From positions 13,082,001 to 13,146,000 of the forward strand of contig OX597834.1 of the NCBI GenBank assembly GCA_951406725.2: a stretch of DNA of 64,000 nt. Direction: 5' to 3'. This document shows, piece by piece, positions 41,475 to 53,582 of the stretch. Every line of letters starts with the position of its first letter. The first letter of the stretch is position 1. The translations under genes were made by a program, and so were the position numbers. The stretch comes from Octopus vulgaris (lineage: Eukaryota). The notes below the pieces were generated by a model. The model worked only from the letters and a program-made list of their open reading frames with translations, had not been told where the DNA came from and ran no database searches.

Positions 41475-41924
41475 GCTGTAATTTGCTTGTCAGTTGTTTG
41501 ACCTTAACCAGTTGAGCATGTCCCTTAGTGGCTGACGATATGTGCATCTCTGATCATGAGCAGAAGTAGTGGGGAAGCATCATAGCTATGTGTTGAGAGG
41601 GATTCTTTGGGGTTTGAATAATTCACCTCTGGAGACATGGGTGTTTCGTTCAACATCATTAAACAACCCTTATTTAAGGACCTTTTGAGCGGGATGGGCC
41701 ACTCGACCATAAAAATTTTTTTTAACTCGGCCCCACCTGCAAGGTCACGCGTTGTTTATCTTTATATGAGATCATCATGTGCACATATGGTTGTGATGCA
41801 TGTACCCTTATCAGACGGGTTGTCATGATGGGTATACTGGGCTTCGTATGTTTTACCCCATTGTCACTTTCATGGCATGCACTGCTCTCTTAATCAATAA
41901 TAATAATAATAATAATAATAATAA
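41475..41924 (+). mobile_element. Interspersed repeat with (AAT)n tail (retroposon-like)
   Basis: Ends in caataataataat. A diverged inverted homolog lies at 44057-44205 (gtgcatctctg..agag, cttagtg.ctgac, atgtgtt.agaggg.ttcttt). Confidence 0.6.
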
Positions 41925-42209
41925 ACAAAGTTAAGTTCTACCTTCAGACATTAGGTTCCTCAGGCTGTATCTTATTAAATTTGAAGGTCCTTGAGTATAG
42001 AGTAGAAAACTCCACTATGAACAAATTCACGATCAGATGCATTTTAAACTTTAACGCACAAGATGTAATCAGTTTTACATTGGTGTACGGAAATAACCTG
42101 GTAACGAAGTATCGTACTCAAAGACGCAGCGGATAATATGTTTACGAAGCTCACATCTAGCCCACGAGTATTTTCTGAACATTACATGAATATTTTGTAA
42201 ATATTAAAG

Positions 42210-42491
42210 AGGTGTAGGAGTGGCTGTGTGGTAAGTAGATTGCTAACGAACCAAATGATTTCGGGTTCAGTCCCACTGCGTGGCACCTTGGGCAAGCGTC
42301 TTCTACTATAGCCTCGGGCCGACCAAAGCCTGGTGAGTGAATTTGGAAACTGAAAGGAGCCCGTCGTATATATGTGTATATGTATATATATATATATGTG
42401 TGTGTGTGTGCGTGTGTGTGTGTGTGTATGTTTGTGTTTCTGTGTTTGTACCACCAACATGTTTTGACAACCGATGCTGGTGTGTTTACGT
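42210..42491 (+). mobile_element. SINE family A, 3'-truncated
   Basis: ggtgtaggagtggctgtgtggtaag...gacaaccgatgctggtgtgtttacg. Confidence 0.88.
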
Positions 42492-42589
42492 TTATATATA
42501 TAAACGTAATAGCGTTGTCTACGATTGTCATGTTGCCGTATAATGCAGTTACCACTTCGAACACCGTAGGGTATGAATGTGTGTATATG

Positions 42590-42806
42590 AAGGCGTTGTG
42601 CTGGCGGAAACGTTTGCCCGCCGGACAAAATGCTTTGAGGCATTTCGTCAGTCATTACATTCTGAGTTCAAATTCCGCCGAGGTTGACTTTGCCTTTGAT
42701 CATCCGCGGTCGATAAATTAACTACCAATTGCGTACTGGGGTGATTCTAATCGACTGGTACAATCCCCCAAAATTTCGGGCCTTGTGCCTAGAGTAGAAA
42801 AGAATG
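42590..42806 (+). mobile_element. SINE family B variant with alternative 3' tail
   Basis: Family B body followed by ccccaaaatttcgggccttgtgcctagagtagaaaagaat. Confidence 0.8.
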
Positions 42807-42979
42807 TTATCAAGATTGAATAATTGGTATTTAGATTGTTTTGGGATCAATCATTATTTGCAATTTCATTTTTATTATCGTGATGACCATCGAACTTCAC
42901 CACGATTGTTTTCGTTATAACAACCAATTATTTGATGTAGAAAAGATAAATGCATCCAAAAGTTGCCAAAATATACAGG

Positions 42980-43147
42980 TTAGTGTCTGTAACCGGCATG
43001 CTGCGGCAGTCTGGTGTGCCACCTAGATGATGCCTGGTGTGCCGCAGCGTAACCTGAATATAATTTTTGTCCATATACTTTTAGCTTTATTTTTTAGCTT
43101 TATTTTTTACGTGTACCGCAAGTGACAAAAAGGGTCGTGGAGCACTG
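42980..43147. mobile_element. Possible decayed hAT (Charlie-like) MITE
   Basis: Repeated ggtgtgcc/tgcggca sub-terminal motifs, and an end aaaaagggtcgtggagcactg followed by atctag. Confidence 0.4.
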
Positions 43148-43841
43148 ATCTAGGATTTATCCTGGTAGAATTCTCATGGGTTATATTTGATTACCGATTT
43201 TACATTTACAATTGGTCACAGAAATATTAGCACTTGTGCACCGACACAGAATATAACGAATACTGGAAATTTTCTTGGGAAAATATGTTTTGAATATTTG
43301 CAATTTTTGTAGCAAACTGCGATATGGGGGCATGCGTACTTATAAATATACAAATGCATATATTTAACTATAATCTAGAATGTAGTTTTTGTCCTTTCTA
43401 GTTATCACATTGGTTATAATCATAACTTTCTTAAGCCCATTATATTTTTCTCCCCGACTAATGTAATCGAATATAATTCCATGGAAAGTTTGTCTACTGT
43501 AGGAATGGTTCATTATTTCTTGACGAATTATTTAATAACGATATAGACGTATTTGTTGCTTTACTGCTTTTAGTCTTGTTTACATTTGAAGATCAGCCTT
43601 GATGATGCATAATAATGACGAGTCCTGAGGGTGCATCGTCAAGATCAAAAGATTTTCTTTGGTCCGTATCGATCAGTTTGGGATAGATATTAATCTGAAT
43701 GCATAATCTTCTTCTATATGTGTAACTGTATTATTTCAGTTTGAGGGGAAGGTGTGAACCATTTAGACATGTGCGATAATTAATCTTCAAATTGGTAACT
43801 GCAATATACGGCAACATGAAAATCGTACACAACTTCATAAC

Positions 43842-43902
<61 letters not shown>

Positions 43903-44056
43903 TGTAAAGAGATCTTATTGAAATATAACACTCTGTAACAAGAATTGTATTCTTGGGTAGAAAATGTTATTTTCTTTTTTCTAACCCTATATATATTAGA
44001 ATTGGCAAATATTTCGTTCGAATTTTATTTTTTCTTTGTGGTATTTTTTAGATCCA

Positions 44057-44205
44057 AAAGAAACCCTCTGAACACATGGTTATGAGGTTCCCCTATTACA
44101 CCAGCTCTTGGCCAGAGATGCACGTATTGTCAGTCACTAAGTGACACGTTCAAATAGTTATGGTCAAGCAACTAACAAGCAATTTCGTCATACACAGCAG
44201 AATAT
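44057..44205 (-). mobile_element. Diverged fragment of the 41475-41924 repeat
   Basis: The reverse complement aligns by eye to 41485-41610. Confidence 0.55.
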
Positions 44206-44534
44206 CCGAATCTATCTGAAATATAATGGAAAATAGGTCAGTTTCAAATCATTGATATCCAAGTCACAAAAGCAAAGTTTGAATGGAATAAAAGACATTG
44301 TCTTTGAATTCTAGATAGAAGCAAATAGGATGTAACACTTACTGACCAAAGGCAAAAAGGAAAAACATGTTACGATAGTATTTACATTATAGCTCATCAT
44401 ACGCGTGACACGGAACACATTACCGTCGAAATCAAGTAACCCCATCTGCATTCAAGAAAAGGAAATTCGAGGAGATTTCTTCAAAGAAAAATGAAAGAAA
44501 ATGTAATAATCTGAACCATAAACCGAGGTCGATA

Positions 44535-44610
<76 letters not shown>

Positions 44611-44612
<2 letters not shown>

Positions 44613-44830
44613 CGGGAAGCTTTATGAAAATAAACAAAAGACGAAGGCAGGTGGGATACAAAGAAACAATTGTATTAGTATGGCGCTCAGGAATATAAAT
44701 AAAACAAGTCTTTTACGTTTCGAGCCTACGCTCTTCAACAGAAAGATACAGAGAAAAGAAACACGGAGAGAAACAAGGAGAGAGAAAATGCGTGCAGAAG
44801 CTAGCGAATCAACATGGCAATCGCACACAG
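44611..44830 (-). mobile_element. PLE-type mini-element family D
   Basis: Reverse-complement homolog of the 13730 and 33300 copies. Its 3' end abuts (TA)n at 44541-44610. Confidence 0.8.
44710..44745 (-). ncRNA. Minimal hammerhead motif, A6U variant (CUGUUGA)
   Basis: Minus strand: cttt CTGTTGA a gagc-gtag-gctc GAAA cg TA aaag. Confidence 0.62.
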
Positions 44831-46049
44831 CGATATATCTATATATATCCCATTCATTTGCTCAATAGTTTTCTTTTTAAATACTAAAATACGAGCATGT
44901 TAAAGAACTTCTTAAACCGTTAAGTAGATAACAAAATGTGTAACCTCCGTATTTAAAGGAGAATAATATATTCAAGATATTACTTGCGAACAGAATTTCA
45001 AAGTTAAAATACAGTATTATCTGTACCGCTTACACACAGCTGTTTGAACTAATTTATTGCATGGCACGCATACAGCCGATGAACAAATCTAAAGATATGA
45101 GACAGATCCTGATAGATATGATGTGAAACACTTTGCATTAAATATTGGAACTCGACGGCAAGCTCCAAATATCGTACTGCTACTTAACATATAAGATTTT
45201 ACCGATAACGTTGCAATCAATATCTCTTGATATAGCCAAGAGGAAATAACAAAAAAAGATATCAAGAATAAAGGTGATATATTATGTAAATTCTCATTAT
45301 ATCTTGTGTGGATATTTTCAAAAGTGTTCGTATAGGAATTTAAAGGAATCGTGAAAGTTATCTGGAATAAAATAATGCCAGAAACCATATATAACCTGAT
45401 AACGATTACCACAGCTGCAAACTGCAAAGAGAGAAATTGTGAAATTATTTTTGTCGTTTTACCTCATACCTAGCAGCAACGCCATAAACTATGACGTTAT
45501 TCCATTATGCATGAGAAAACAGATTTTTATGTATATAAAACTTCTCAAGATGTCTGGAAATGTGATAATTTAGTTCTATATTTCCAAATGATTACGTGAA
45601 AGTGACATCAAAGATAAAAGTGAGTGTCGAAAATATATACGAAAGAAATAAACATTTCTCGTAAAGTGAAGTTGTTACACCCGTTCTTACGCCATTGAAA
45701 ACGGCTTACGGATCAGACGCAGTAAGGCAATGCTTCAAGGCTGTTACTGTCTCTGCTAAAAAGATGAGTGAAATATCCCTCTCATTAAACATAACATTTC
45801 TCATTTTTCTTTCACATTCAACTTACAAGCTATCGTGGATCGATCTGAAAGAGGCAAAGTGAATGTGGCACGTAAGCAAAGAAGAGTAGTGGTAAGTTAT
45901 TTACAATCGGACACGAACAGGAACTGTCCCACCCATAACAGTTGTTTGTCAAATATCCACGTTTTGTTATCTAATAGGTAAACTAAAGATGTGTGTGGAG
46001 GTGCATGGCAAATTGCTGCTTGCACGTCTTAGAATCTTGGCTGACAAAG

Positions 46050-46181
46050 CTTGCTTCTAAGCAACATGGTTATAGGTTCAGTCCCACTACGTGTCAAAAT
46101 GGGCAAATGTCTTTGAGTATAGCTTCTGGCCGACCAAAGCCTTGCGAGTGGATTTGGTAGAAGGAAACTAAAAGAAGCCCT

Positions 46182-46182
<1 letters not shown>
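46050..46182 (+). mobile_element. SINE family A 5' half, diverged
   Basis: catggttataggttcagtcccactacgtg...ccgaccaaagccttgcgagtggatttggtag. Confidence 0.75.
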
Positions 46183-46225
<43 letters not shown>

Positions 46226-46364
46226 GTGTGTGTGTGTGTGTATGTGTGTGTGTTTATATATATATATTATTTATAATATATATTCTATATATATTATACG
46301 AATATAAATAAAACATAAAAAACAGTGTTGGAATTTCTTTGAATAATATATATACATACATACT

Positions 46365-46438
<74 letters not shown>

Positions 46439-46561
46439 GAATTCCAACCTTGTCTGATTTTCACGTTTTATTTACAATCTTATAATGATATATTATAAGA
46501 TAATATATTATAATTGAGTAAAATAAAATGAAATAGTAGAATGTTAAATATTCATTCTGAT

Positions 46562-46606
46562 TGAACTAGTACTTTCATGCATTGAATTCTGCAATCTTCG
46601 GGTTCA
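46562..46606 (-). ncRNA. Minimal hammerhead motif (CCGAAGA core), left arm
   Basis: Minus strand: tgaac CCGAAGA t tgca-gaattcaa-tgca t GAAA gtac TA gttca. Stem III is the palindrome agtact. Confidence 0.72.
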
Positions 46607-47254
46607 TGTAGTAGTGTTGACAGTCATGCTTCACAATTTTTGACTGTAGCAAGATGAGTGATTCTGTGCTATAAATACAGCTGGGTAGGCTCCAGAGTGC
46701 TAGGTTTTGCAAACTGTATTCTGACCAATCAGTGTGTAGTATCACTCAATTACTTAAGCTGATTGGTTGGTTGAGCTGATTGGTTTAGGCATCACGCTTT
46801 GTTGGACAGGTCAAGAGTCCTGTATCTTGACCCTGGCCGAAGCAGCAATTGTTGGGTTATTTTTAGAAATGTTGTAAATATCCTTTGTCAGAGATTTTTA
46901 TATTTTTATATTTCAATTGTCATCATCATCATTGTCAGCACCTTAATTATTGTTGCTAGTGGTGATGGTGGTGGCAATAGAACTTTTAACCCTAAATAAG
47001 ATAATTTTCCTGCTATCTTCGTCTTGATCACCTTTAGTATTGTTGTTGTTGTTAGTGGTCATGGTCGTAGCAGTGGAAGTAATACCTCTAAGTATTATTA
47101 TTATTGCTTATTTAGCTTGGGTTCGAATTTATCAATAAAATTCTTTTCTCTGATTTTCTTCTCGATTTCACTTGGGCTGTGTAATTTGTAGAATGGAAAT
47201 ATATATATTTTCCGACCACATGTTGCTAGGTGGTTACTCATGTTGCTAGGTGGT

Positions 47255-47392
47255 AACCACCTAGCAACATGTGGTCGGAAAATATATATAATATTTCCAT
47301 TCTACAAATTACACAGCCCAAGTGAAATCGAGAGGAAAATCAGAGAAAAGAATTTTATTGATAAATTCGAACCCAAGCTAAATAAGCAATAA
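47255..47392 (+). pseudogene. C-terminal fragment of a PLE GIY-YIG endonuclease domain (mirror copy on the minus strand at about 47104-47241)
   Basis: Translates NHLATCGRKIYIIFPFYKLHSPSEIERKIREKNFIDKFEPKLNKQ*. It carries the conserved H, the R..RE..FI glutamate motif and the terminal P.LN typical of PLE GIY-YIG domains. Confidence 0.75.
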
Positions 47393-47707
47393 TAATAATA
47401 CTTAGAGGTATTACTTCCACTGCTACGACCATGACCACTAACAACAACAACAATACTAAAGGTGATCAAGACGAAGATAGCAGGAAAATTATCTTATTTA
47501 GGGTTAAAAGTTCTATTGCCACCACCATCACCACTAGCAACAATAATTAAGGTGCTGACAATGATGATGATGACAATTGAAATATAAAAATATAAAAATC
47601 TCTGACAAAGGATATTTACAACATTTCTAAAAATAACCCAACAATTGCTGCTTCGGCCAGGGTCAAGATACAGGACTCTTGACCTGTCCAACAAAGCGTG
47701 ATGCCTA

Positions 47708-47826
47708 AACCAATCAGCTCAACCAACCAATCAGCTTAAGTAATTGAGTGATACTACACACTGATTGGTCAGAATACAGTTTGCAAAACCTAGCACTCTG
47801 GAGCCTACCCAGCTGTATTTATAGCA
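47708..47826 (+). promoter_or_regulatory. Candidate pseudo-LTR promoter (CCAAT boxes plus TATA-like element) upstream of the ribozyme
   Basis: aaccaatcag twice, then ctgattgg, then tgtatttatagc about 70 nt before the hammerhead. Mirrored in the left arm. Confidence 0.35.
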
Positions 47827-47886
47827 CAGAATCACTCATCTTGCTACAGTCAAAAATTGTGAAGCATGACTGTCAACACTACTACA

Positions 47887-47931
47887 TGAACCCGAAGATT
47901 GCAGAATTCAATGCATGAAAGTATTAGTTCA
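47887..47931 (+). ncRNA. Minimal hammerhead motif (CCGAAGA core), right arm
   Basis: tgaac CCGAAGA t tgca-gaattcaa-tgca t GAAA gtat TA gttca. Confidence 0.68.
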
Positions 47932-48093
47932 ATCAGAATGAATATTTAACATTCTACTATTTCATTTTATTTTACTCAATTATAATATATTATCTTATAA
48001 TATATCATTATAAGATTGTAAATAAAACGTGAAAATCAGACAAGGTTGGAATTCTTTTTATTAATATATTCTTCTATACACAATCACACACAC

Positions 48094-48133
<40 letters not shown>

Positions 48134-48779
48134 ACGCACGATTTTTACAGATGTATATATGAAAAAAATTGTTAAAACGCACACACATATAGCACATAAA
48201 TGCACTTGTGCGTTTGTTTGTGTGTGTGGTTGTGTGTGTGTGTTTGTATGTGTGTGTGTGTGTGTGTGTAAGATATTTTGCGAGGCGATAGATATGCAAC
48301 CGGTATATAATTATCCTGTCTCCTCGATTATTTTAAACAAGATCATTTTAATTAGAATATTTTGATTAAGCTGAAATTTTCCCAATTCCCTTTCGGCATT
48401 TGATCTTCGCCTTGGAAGGTTTAGTAATCCAAATTGACCCCATTACATTTTGTATTGCTTGCGAAGAGATGGGGAGAAAAACATCAGCTCTCACACATAC
48501 ACATGTCTACACGCACAGGTCAAAACAGACAACAGACATTCCGAGTACCTTACTTACTCCCGAAGTATTATTCAGCCGAGCTCTAATTGAGATGTCCATG
48601 GCACCAAAATGGTTAATTAACTCCGAAACTCTATAACACAGAAACGATTTCTTTAACCCAGTATCTACGAAAATGTGTAGAATACTAGACAGCATGACAT
48701 TATAGAAACACTCACTATCATTAATTTATATATATATATATATATACTTTATTTTAAGCAGCAGAAAATTCAACAAAAT

Positions 48780-48817
48780 CTGTTACTCTGAGTTTCTCGT
48801 TGCCGTTCATCAGACAG
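48780..48817 (-). ncRNA. Minimal hammerhead ribozyme motif, canonical CUGAUGA core (family E)
   Basis: Minus strand: ctgt CTGATGA a-cg-GCAA-cg-a GAAA ctcagag TA acag. Confidence 0.78.
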
Positions 48818-48829
48818 TTTTTGCAAAAA

Positions 48830-48866
48830 CTGTCTGATGAACGGCAACGAAAACTCAGAATAACAG
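48830..48866 (+). ncRNA. Hammerhead motif family E, degenerate arm copy
   Basis: ctgt CTGATGA acggcaacgaaaactcagaa TA acag, with one deletion and one substitution relative to the opposite arm. Confidence 0.5.
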
Positions 48867-48968
48867 ATTTTTTTGAATTTTCTGCTGCTTAAAATAAAGC
48901 ATATTACTCTACCACTGGTATTTGAGTACTCTTTTTTCCACCTTGTTTCACATTTATGTGTTTACTCC

Positions 48969-49007
<39 letters not shown>

Positions 49008-49045
49008 AGAATGGAGTTGAACGACGAAATAACAAAATTCCTTTA

Positions 49046-49133
49046 TTTTCGACATATGTTTCGAAGGCTGCATATTCCTAATTGCGAAGGAATAAGGATT
49101 GGATTATATTATGCCGCTTTCTCATCAGGAAAA
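49046..49133 (-). ncRNA. Hammerhead motif family F (CUGAUGA, long stem II)
   Basis: Minus strand: ttttc CTGATGA gaaagcggcata...tatgcagccttc GAAA catatg TC gaaaa. Confidence 0.78.
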
Positions 49134-49248
49134 GCAAGGAACTTATGTCAACATCAAGATGCACCAAAAACGTTTAGATGACTGCTCACGCGGAGCCCAT
49201 AGTGATAAAAAATGTTTGTGCATCTTGATGTTGACATAAGTACCTTGC

Positions 49249-49331
49249 TTTTCCTGAGGAGAAAGCGGCATAATATACTCTTTATTCCTTCGCAAATAGG
49301 AATATGCAGCCTTCGAAACATATGTCGAAAA
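49249..49331 (+). ncRNA. Hammerhead motif family F (CUGAGGA, long stem II)
   Basis: ttttc CTGAGGA gaaagcggcata...tatgcagccttc GAAA catatg TC gaaaa. GUC cleavage triplet, and stem III is the palindrome acatatgt. Confidence 0.78.
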
Positions 49332-51493
49332 TAAAGGAATTTTGTTAATTCGTCGTTGAACTCTATTCTTTCATATATTTATATTTAAAAAATATATGCA
49401 AATTTCCACACGAAAGCACGTAACTTCAAACGTGTTTTCTCTGATGTGAATTTGCTACCCAGGTATCGGTTAACCGAATTATCCATAACAAGATAATTCA
49501 TTCAACTACTCAAATATATATATATATAAATAACAGTAAGATATTTATGAGAGTAATAATATTGTAATGTACTTGAGATTTAACATTAATAATTGCAGTT
49601 TATTATAAAATAATTAGTATCGTGGAATGTTTGTTCAATCATCAATCTTTATAAAACGACACGTAATATTTTGTAATGTAAGTAATTCGTCTTGATAAGC
49701 TTTTATAATAAAAGATATAGAAAATATTTAATGGAATACGGAACAATGTTGCATTTGTTTTATTAATGTTTTATAATTGTGTTTATATATTTGAGTGAAA
49801 ATTAATATTTGATGCTTAACAGTTGATTATAAGTGTATTTATGAGTAGATATTTTCTTAATGTGTTTTTCTTGATATTCCACATATGTGGCGAATTAGAG
49901 AATAATTATTATAGTAGGATACATAGACAATTTATCGATCGTGTTTAGATAAACAGATCCTGTGTGATTTCATAGAATAATGGAATGTTTCATTTCCATA
50001 TTCCCTAATGTTAGTTTGAGGAACATTTGATTTATATAATAAAGGGTTAAAGCGAGAAACGAGGTGTATATGTTAGAATAACGCCGGGAAAGAATGATTT
50101 TAATATAAACCTATAGAACGATGACTTGATAACTGTCAGCTTACGTTGGATGGAAGGATTTATTTACCTAAGGATTCTGCGAATACCTGAATATTATATT
50201 AGATAATACATAGGTATATCTCAAAGGTATAAAGGTTAACATAAATTTCAATTACATAGTAATTACATGAAATCTTACCATTTATTGAATAGTGTAAATG
50301 GACAGAAGACCTGATGATAAGAAAAGCTATAAATTGATGGCTCCGTATTGCATTAAATATTTTGGTTACTGTACGACCTAAGATTCATTCTCACTCTAAA
50401 CCCTACAACCTTTTGGTCCAACAGTAATTGTTGCTTTTCAACGCCTTGTCATACACAGATTTTCAGCCACTATGCTTCCTTAGGTCGTCCGTCAAATGAC
50501 CGTTCTACCCTTAAGATTGGATTAAATTGCTCTTTCATCAACTGATACGTTATTAGCTAATGCAGATCATCCTTTCAGGAAAATATTGTACATTCATAAA
50601 CTGCAAATAGAGGTTTCGAATTTTAGCAGTTTCGGAGAAGGGCATGAGTCAGTTACATATACATCATTGCTAAATTATTTCCTATTTTATTGACACCGAA
50701 AGATGAAAGACGAAGTCAAACTCAGCGAATTTGTAACACGCTATATATATTTTTCTTTTTTTTTTAAAACGGACGAAATGCCGTTAAACTTGTTGTCCGG
50801 TGTGCTAGCTTGCAACTTTTAAGAATGAGATGCTTACAATACCTACGGCAAAATGCAAACATAACTACACAGTCTTTAAAATATTATCACATCAAAAAGC
50901 ATCAATGGTCAGGGTATGTATTTGAAGTAAAATACACGAAAGAACTCTAAGTTATGTAAAAATTGCGGATATGAGAAAAGTTGTACTGTAGATCTGAGAC
51001 GTGAAGCACGATTCTTTTTCACTATAGGCATAGCTATCCTGTCATTGATACCAAAGTATATTTAGCCATACAAAAACAATGTATCTAAAGTTATATTTAC
51101 TTAAAACAAGAAATAATTTGCTGTAAGAATACGATACGTTTGCTCAGATATTGCTATATAATGCATTGATAAAATGTGGAAACAGTTTCCGAACCCACAT
51201 CTCGCATTATCTTATCCAACTTCATAAGTTTTGAGCATGTTTAGTGTTTATTTGAATTTGCTATATATGGCGGAATGCTGAATTTTTTTAAGTACTTTGC
51301 GAGGAAGCAACAAATGTAGGATTATAGGGGGACAAAAAGAGAAATAATTGAATGATATCATCCTAAAGTTATCGATCGTCAAACAATCGAAAACTTCAAT
51401 TCTTTCACTTTATTGAAAAAAAAAACATTCCAAGTTTTTCTCTATTAATGTAATAATCAAACAGCCTTGTACTCACTGTAGATAAACATACTT

Positions 51494-51616
<123 letters not shown>

Positions 51617-51668
51617 CAGATACATATATATCTGTGCATGTGAGTGTGTGTGTGCGTACATGTAAGTA

Positions 51669-51712
<44 letters not shown>

Positions 51713-52510
51713 ACTGGAAATATATAGATATGAATACACATCCATCCACACGCGCACTCACACACACGTATATATATTCCATATGTGAAACTAAGTAATT
51801 TTTGTCGAGTATTATATAGTCGTCCAGAGAGTAAAGTAATATCTACGCTTTACACCTTGTTTATTGGAAAGGTATCTATACGTTTTAATATATCTTCTTG
51901 CTTTGCTGTTTTACAATTTTTTTGAAACGATTTCTATTTTGGAATGAGTGTGCAGTGCTTAGATATACAAATACTCTTCCTTTCTTTTTTTCTTTCTTTT
52001 GATTTTATTTTCGTCCAATAATATTCACGTAGGTAATAATTCAGTATGAAAAATTCAAATCTTAGTCACATATATATTTGTTTTTCCAAGATCGCTGTTT
52101 AAAAAATAAGCATTACAATCGCTTTACATACCGTTATCACTCCATTCCGAAAATCAATGAACTGATGCATTTTTTTCTTTACAATCCCTCTTTGTGTTAC
52201 TGTCAGAGATTTAGGTGTCCGTCATATGTTTTTCAGTTAGGATATTTGTATATAACGGATTCATAACTCAAAAATAGAAAAAAAAATGTTAACAATGACA
52301 TTATACAAAAAAATTCTGAAGGTACAACAAACATATATTTATCTCAAACACAACAGAAGAATAAGTGAATTGAATTAACCCACGCGGTTGCATAACAAAA
52401 TCATCTAAAAGCGATATCGATAATGCCACAAACGAAAGTTACCAGGAAATCAAGTCTTCAAAGCCTTCGTCTTTCCTTGACCGTGCGTGTATGTATGTCT
52501 ATGTATTTTT

Positions 52511-52541
<31 letters not shown>

Positions 52542-52648
52542 TCGTGTGTAAAATAATGAAAAGTGACGCATGAGTTGATACATATAAGGAAAATAAGACA
52601 AGGTAGGAAATACTAACATAGTTTTATCAAGAATTATATATTGTAATG

Positions 52649-53279
52649 TATTTCTTTATTGCCCACACGGGGTTAAACATAGAGGAGACAAACAAGAACA
52701 GACAAACGGATTAAGTCGATTACATCCACCCCAGTGCGTAACGGGTACTTAATTTATCGACCCCGAAAGGATGAAAGGCAAAGTCGAACTCGGCAGAATT
52801 TGAACTCAGAACGTAACGGCAGACGAAAGACCTATTTCTTTACTACCCACAAGGGGCTAAACACAGAGAGGACAAACAAGGACAGACAAAGGGATTGAGT
52901 CGATGACATCGACACCAGTGCGTAACTGGTATTTAATTTATCGACCCTGAAAGGATGAAAGGCAAGGTCGACCTCGGCGGAATTTGAACTCAGAACACAA
53001 AGACAGACGAAATACCTATTTCTTTATTACCCACAAGGGGTTAAACATAGATGGGACAAACATAGGTATTAAGTCGATTACATCGACCCCAGTGCGTAAC
53101 TGGTACTTAATTTATCGGCCCCGAAAGGATGAAAGGCAAAGTCGACCTGGGCGGAATTAGAACTCACAACGTAACGGCAGCCGAAATACTGCGAAGCATT
53201 TCGCCCGACGTCCTAACGATTCTGCCAGCTCGCCGCCATACCGCTTAGCATTTCGCGCGGCGTGCCAACTCGCCGCCTT
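52649..53279 (-). mobile_element. SINE family B trimer (184-bp period) with a partly duplicated head
   Basis: The tail motif tatttcttt occurs at 52649, 52833 and 53017. There is one head at about 53190-53237 and a second head fragment running to 53279. Confidence 0.9.
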
Positions 53280-53582
53280 GATTATATTTTGTAATGATTA
53301 CTACCGGCATCTCTCTTTTCGACATTTTCAACAAAGAGACAAACAAAGGTGGATATTTATTAAGAAGAAAAACAATTAAACTGAAGAAACAATTAGCTGG
53401 GATATTTCTTTTTCTTTCTTTTTTTTTCCATTGTGTCCCTCTCTTTTCCTTTATGACTCTTCGTAAAGTTAGTTAGAAGCAGTTCTGAAAAATTGTCTTT
53501 TGAGGGTGAAAAGTTATATTTGCTTCTAAGCTGGATGGTTTAAGCAAGAGCAGCCGAAGAAAAAGGAGGCGACAGAGAGGTG

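Larger units (their letters stand above)
46435..48058. mobile_element. 1.6-kb palindromic Penelope-like element (two inverted, 5'-truncated 3' ends)
   Basis: The arms of about 800 bp are near-perfect reverse complements, with identical ORFs at 46799+ and 47494-. Each arm holds a GIY-YIG-like C-terminus, a long 3' UTR and a hammerhead motif. The left flank is (TA)n. Confidence 0.88.
48748..48971 (+). mobile_element. Palindromic PLE-type mini-element, family E copy 2
   Basis: Arms 48748-48823 / 48824-48899 centred on tgca, with the longer arm running to 48971. (TA)n on both sides. Confidence 0.85.
49006..49371. mobile_element. Inverted-repeat PLE-type element family F
   Basis: Arms 49006-49164 / 49218-49371 around a spacer of about 53 bp. 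It begins right after (TA)n. Confidence 0.85.

Noticed and set aside
46799-47694. Identical 66-aa ORFs on opposite strands
   Set aside because: They are the antisense reading of the PLE 3' UTR, duplicated by the palindrome. The meaningful frame is the short GIY-YIG tail.
52649-53279. Regularly spaced repeats superficially like a CRISPR array
   Set aside because: The units are full 184-bp SINE bodies with no unique spacers, the context is eukaryotic, and there are no cas genes.
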